From Bilabrum cf. latius (Eukaryota), in the NCBI GenBank assembly GCA_965178125.1, contig OZ237775.1:1-64000 (forward strand): a DNA stretch of 64,000 nucleotides, written 5' to 3'. Of the stretch, positions 59,086-64,000 are shown in pieces. The notes beneath the pieces are model-generated. The model searched no databases and was not told the origin of the DNA. It worked only from the letters and a program-made list of their open reading frames with translations. Position numbers and translations under genes: made by a program. Position 1 is the first letter of the stretch. Every line of letters begins with the position of its first letter.

Positions 59086-60081
59086 TCACTGGAGCTCTGC
59101 CTCGGCCACATTGTCGGCACACGTTACCTCTCCCATATTCATCCAAGGGTGCGCCAGGGCGGCATCGAGGGTCATCCGCTCGTCCTGGTCCACTGTCAGC
59201 AGGGCCTTGATGAGGTCCTTAGCCTCGTCGGAGGCATCTTTCAGGACCTCGTCGAACCAGAGCAACTTGCCCGCCCGCACTTGCTTGAGCAGCTCGGTCT
59301 CGGACTCTGCGTAGAAGGCAGGTGAGGCCGACAGCATCACGTAGAGCAGCACCCCGCAGGACCACAAATCCACTTCCCCACCGTAAGGCACTTGCTTAAG
59401 CACCTCGGGGGCGACATATCTGCAAGGAAACTCTATTGGCGGGTGCAGGGAACGGTGCATGTGGGCACACGTGCATGCAGCTGGCAAGTTGCATCGACCT
59501 GAGCTGGACAAGCAGGTGTTCGTGGTTCGTGCTCACCCTGGCGTACCAGAAGGCTGTCTCTTCTTGCGCTGTCCTGGCGTGTAGCCCGTGTCGCAAAGGC
59601 CGAAACCTCCAACCCGACAGTCGGTAAGGGTATCCTTTGACATGATCATGATGGCCTCAGGCTTGATATTCCTGTGCAAGATGCCCGATTCGTGGCACGA
59701 CCGTACAGCTGCAAGCACTGTCCCCAGGATCGGACGGGCTTGGTCCTCCGAGAGCGATTCGTTCTCTTCGATGCACGAGAATAGATCGCGAACTCCGCCC
59801 TTACTACCCTTCCATACAAAGTAGTACGACTTGGGGGTCTGCAGAGCGTCCAGGAATTCGAGAACGCTTGGTTCACCTTGCAGCCGCTTTGCCGCCTTCA
59901 CCGTCTCATCCATGCCAAGAGTATCCAATTTTGATAGTCCTTCCTTTGAGCAGACCTCAATCAAGACAGGAGCTTGGCTTGAAGCCTCGAGGCCCTAGTA
60001 TCCCAATGAGCCCATGTCTTGAAATATCACCTTCGTATCGTCGCTATCGTCAAAGCGGTACATTTTTCGGATTTCCTCCTG
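59086..60081 (-). CDS. CAMK-family kinase, probably a pseudokinase; 5' exon not defined
   Basis: HRNIKPEAI, VGGFG, GTPG/YVAPE (split by an intron), VDLWSCGV and AKDLIKALL. Confidence 0.8.
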
Positions 60082-60958
60082 CAAAACATCCAATGATATC
60101 TACCAAAGGCTATTTAAGCAATATGGACGGGTAAAGCCATGAGCTGTGCTTGCCAGGAATTCGGTGCCAAACGCTCACCTCCGTAATCTCTGTAAATAAT
60201 TGCTCGGGTGGTGCGTCTACACTGCCTTCGATAGCTGCCCTGCGCGCTTGCAAACTCTAGGCTCACTCTCATCGGGTGCAGACAACCATACGGAGCGTAC
60301 ACTGAACAAGAATTGCAGGAACGGTCGCAGAACACAGGGCAGCTGGAGGCTCCCAACTACTCACATTTCCGCGGTATCTCTACCAACACTGAACGGAAAT
60401 ATATAGAACCTGCTAGACCAATTGGGCTAACGGGCCAACTTGGGGATGAAGCTCCATCCGGATCCATCCATGGATTGCTCATGAAAGATTCCGGATGATC
60501 GAGCAACAGTAACCACCACACGCCATCCATCCATCCAGCCAGCCAGCACCCAAAACTGGCAGGCTGCTTGCTGGACGGGTGTGCAAGGCCACGAGTGCTG
60601 CTCTGCAGATTCCCTTGCAGCGTACGAAGTTCTCAAGGTAGGTGGCAACTGGTGGATTGGGCTCATCAGGACAAGAGATGTTCGCGTTGCGCTAAATCGG
60701 CTTGAGACTGTAGCAAGTTTCCGAGCAAACACACGGTCCAGGCAATGCCCGTATTGCAGCGAATGCAACCATCTAGCTTGCCGAACCAGCCTACCCCGGG
60801 TCCAAAGAAATGCAAGCAGACCTAGGCTCCCACAGCGGCTCCCGCTCGCCCACTGGCAGACAGCGCATACCCCTAGCATCCGGATGCTCCAAGCTCAAGC
60901 TGATCGCACAGGAGACGTCCAGCCCCCCCTCCCATTTCCCCTTGGCTGTAAACTCGAT

Positions 60959-63528
60959 TTACTGCTTCTTCTTGGCATCGGCTGCCTCGGCTGCCTTGCC
61001 CTTGCCCCTGCCCGCCCTGCCCACGCCGAGCAAGCGCCAGAGCATCCCGAACAGCGGACCCGCCACGAGCACCGCAATCATGAAGGGGTGTAGGTAGTAC
61101 CCCGTCATGGTGTAGAAGCCCAGGCCCCGGTCCAGGTACAGGAGCGGGAATGGCGCCATCGAGTAGTTGAGCACCATAGACACGAGGAAGCATCCGATGG
61201 GCACAGCCCACATGGGCAAGTGCGGCCTGTCGGGGTTCATCCTCGGCTGCTTGTACGTGGTGAGCCCAACGAAGGAGCCCAGCCAGGTCAGGAAGGTCAC
61301 TCCGTCCACGCCCTGGTTGTTGGCGCCAACCAGCAGCGGCTTGAACACCTTGTACAGAGCCGCCTGCGCCTCCTGCGCCAGGATCACCTAGAAGAAGCCC
61401 ACGTAGTAGCCCGAGTAGAAGCCGTGCCACAGCGCGGACGCCCCGATGGTCGCGAACTTGGCCATGGCAGACCCGGGGGGAAACCTCCCGTACACGTCTT
61501 TGAGCAGCCACCCCTGCACCTGCTTGTTCCAGTTGCGGATAATGGTGGAGAGGCTCGGGGAGAACTCGCACTGCAGCACGTCGATGTTGCTGATGCCCGT
61601 CCAGGAGCCCTTGGTGATGGCACCCCCCTGAGAGCCAGTGCCCGGCCCGATCTTGGTACCAGGGGCTGCTCCCCGCTCCGAGGGCGCCGAGGAGGTCGAG
61701 GCAGAGGCGGACAGCGAGCTCCCGGGGCCCCCCGTCACGCTGGGCGGCTGCCTGCCGGACACGGGCCCCACGCCCGCGCCCTGGGCCGTGTGCGGCCCAG
61801 CCTCGGCCGGATCAGCGGCCATCTTGGCAGCCTTGGCCCCGCTGCCCCTGTCCTTGACGAACCCGAACCCCTGCGCCACGCCGGCGCCCTCTGCGAGCAG
61901 CCACACGCCGTAGTACTGGAAGCGCACGGCCACCAGGGCGATGTACGTGAGCAGCGCGAAGACGGGCAGGTCGCCCCGGGTCACGCTCGAAGGGGGGGAG
62001 CCGCTCGCTTCCTCGATGGCGAGGTCCTCTGCGGAACCACCGGCGCCGCGCACGGTGTAGCCCAGCACTCCGAGGAGAGGCACCGGCGTCTTGGGGTTGT
62101 AGAGCGACTCGAGCGGGACGTAGGCCGTCATGGGCGCGTTGAGGCCGAGGAAGAAGAGGCCCGAGAGGAAGAGGAAGAGCACGCGCGGGATGCGGGTGGG
62201 CAGCACGCTGAATGCCGTGCTGGGGTTGTCCAGCCGCTCCACGGAGCCCATGGTGACCGTGTAGGCGGCCTGTCCGTTGAGGTACATGACGGGCTGGAAG
62301 GAGGGTCCCACCAGGGCGGTCTGCGGACACAGGCAGTAGCCCATCGTCTCGAGGAAGGAGGGCACCTGGGGCAGGCACGTGGCCAGCCGCTGGTCGGCGA
62401 GGCGGGCCGACTTCGAGAGCGCCTTGCTTGCCTTGACCTTCTTCTCGGTCTCCTGCTTCAGGGCCGGGTCCATCTTGTACGTGTCGTGGGCTGCCTTGGC
62501 GGCGTGGGCGGAGCCCTTGGCCTCCTTGGCGGCCTTGGAGATGGCCCGCGCGGCTGCCAGCTCGGGCTTAGAACCGTCGTACGCAGCGAATGCGAGTGAC
62601 GTAAGCTTGACCACGAGCACCATCTGTGCCGCGCAATCGTCAATAGCATCGGTGGCCGCATCGGGGCGCATGATGTGCCTGTAGAAGAGGAAGAAGAAGG
62701 CCACCGAGCAGCCCGCCAAGTGCCACCAGGGCGTCTTGCCCAGCTTGGGCAGATCCGAGTCCGAGTCCTCCTTCTGCTCCTTGCGGTCCTTGAACGTGGG
62801 GAGGCTGATCGTGAGGGCCAGCCAGGTTAGGGCAGCGCTGATGGGCACGTAGATCCAAGCCCCGCCGAAGACGAACTGCAGCAGCAGAGACCCGAAGATG
62901 GCGTCGCACAGGTGCCTCGTCACACCGCGGGGCAGCATGCAGCCGATCATGGCCAGCGGGTATGTGCCCAGCAGGGCGAGCAGGAATTTGAGGGAACCCT
63001 CAGGGAGGCCAGAGGCGTTCACAGCTGCGGTGGGATCATGGGCGCGGCGAGCAGGCGATGCGGAGGTAGTTTGGGCCGGGCAGGCAAAAGAGGGTCTGGT
63101 GGGTCTCGGGCCCAAAATAATTAAACTTGCCGAGGAGGACGGAACCATACAAATCGATTCGATGATAGAGGTGCCGCATGCCATGGGACCTCATCGCAGG
63201 GCAAGTCGAGAAGTAGCCTGGACACGCGGCCGTTGCTCCCTAGGCCAGTTCCCCCGAAATCCTGCCATTTATTGAGTAACGAGCACGGTGCCAGCTTGCT
63301 CTCACCTTCATCCAAATATGGCTGAACTGGGGCAAAATCCCAAGCAGCATGCTTCAACAGGGGCTGCTCTACAGCAGCGATTTGCGAGAGCACTTCCCCG
63401 AAGGCAGACTGAGCAGTGCCCAGTCCGGCAGGGATGGCCTGACCAACGGCCTTGACCCCCGCCTCGATATGTGTCGAGAAGTCAACCTTCAGCAGCACAT
63501 CCGTCACCGATCGAGTGACGGCCTGCAT
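60959..63528 (-). CDS. MBOAT lysophospholipid acyltransferase (LPCAT3/ALE1-like), multi-exon
   Basis: QMVLVVKLTSLAF, LVGP, QYYGVWLLAEG, RNWNKQVQGWL and SALWHGFYSGYY. In-frame TAG at 61388; ends KKKQ-TAA. Confidence 0.9.
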
Positions 63529-63740
63529 GGAGAAACGACAGATTGATTGACTGGATCGCGGTCGAGCGGAACCTTTGGACTTGGCCCGGCGCCGCGCACA
63601 ACCTACCAGTCTAGACTAGATGGCCCTGGTTGAGCCTGCAGCGTAGTCTGCATTGCTGTTTGAATCGATACTGTCTCAAATCCACGGTGCAATCGGTCAC
63701 ACACTGCAGCAGGCCACCGCTCCGCCCGTTCGGCCCCGTC

Positions 63741-64000
63741 TCACGCCAGCCCCGCCTTGGCCCTCTTCTTCTCGTGCCCGTTCATGGCCTTGGCCAGCTT
63801 GTTCCTCTGCCCCTTGCTCAGTTCATTGCCCTCCCCGTCATGCGTGGGCACCCCCTTGTCGTCCCACTGCGAGAACTTGCCCCTGTGCTCCGCGAACGCA
63901 TCGCTCGTCCCCTTGAACATCTCCGCACCGGGCACTGCCAGCTTGGCCTGCTTGAGGGCGGCCGCCCGCTCCCTCTCCTCCGCGGCCTTGCGCTTGGCGG
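63741..64000 (-). CDS. CARS: C-terminal end of cytosolic cysteinyl-tRNA synthetase (runs off the window)
   Basis: FSQWDDKGVPTHDGEGNELSKGQRNKLAK matches the eukaryotic CysRS C-terminus. Confidence 0.8.
   Translation of the reverse strand, partial: AKRKAAEERERAAALKQAKLAVPGAEMFKGTSDAFAEHRGKFSQWDDKGVPTHDGEGNELSKGQRNKLAKAMNGHEKKRAKAGLA

Noticed and set aside
34274-63275. Numerous long antisense or alternate-frame ORFs (e.g. 45983-48316, 57046-58575, 61220-62599)
   Set aside because: These are shadows of real genes in very GC-rich DNA, with low-complexity translations and no motifs.
1-64000. Ciliate-type code 6 (both TAA and TAG as Gln)
   Set aside because: I found no in-frame TAA in the genes traced, even in AT-rich viral genes, and TAA terminates the ATPase, MBOAT and several other genes at plausible C-termini.

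Overview
The window is a chromosome end of a GC-rich, intron-containing flagellate protist: 149 CCCTAA telomere repeats, a 55-bp subtelomeric satellite, then about 18 host genes. Two things stand out. (1) The window uses a non-standard genetic code in which TAG is read as a sense codon, almost certainly Gln, while TAA and TGA remain stops (equivalent to NCBI table 15). This explains why the supplied ORF track is broken into same-frame pieces. (2) An AT-rich, ~16.9-kb, apparently intact endogenous virophage (6410-23326) with ~1-kb terminal inverted repeats and a CCTGC(G) target-site duplication sits inside an exon of a host Dispatched/Patched-family gene, 6.4 kb from the telomere. With TAG read as Gln, all of its genes become full-length: rve integrase with chromodomain, SF3 helicase, protein-primed PolB, major capsid protein, penton, packaging ATPase, adenain-like cysteine protease and several accessory genes. 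The virophage therefore shares the host's rare code, including at conserved or catalytic Gln positions. It combines a Sputnik-like capsid module with a mavirus/Polinton-like integration and replication module, and carries a recurrent TATAGTA-like upstream motif and a hairpin+TGACCAAA motif. All translations and family calls were made by eye, with no database searches.
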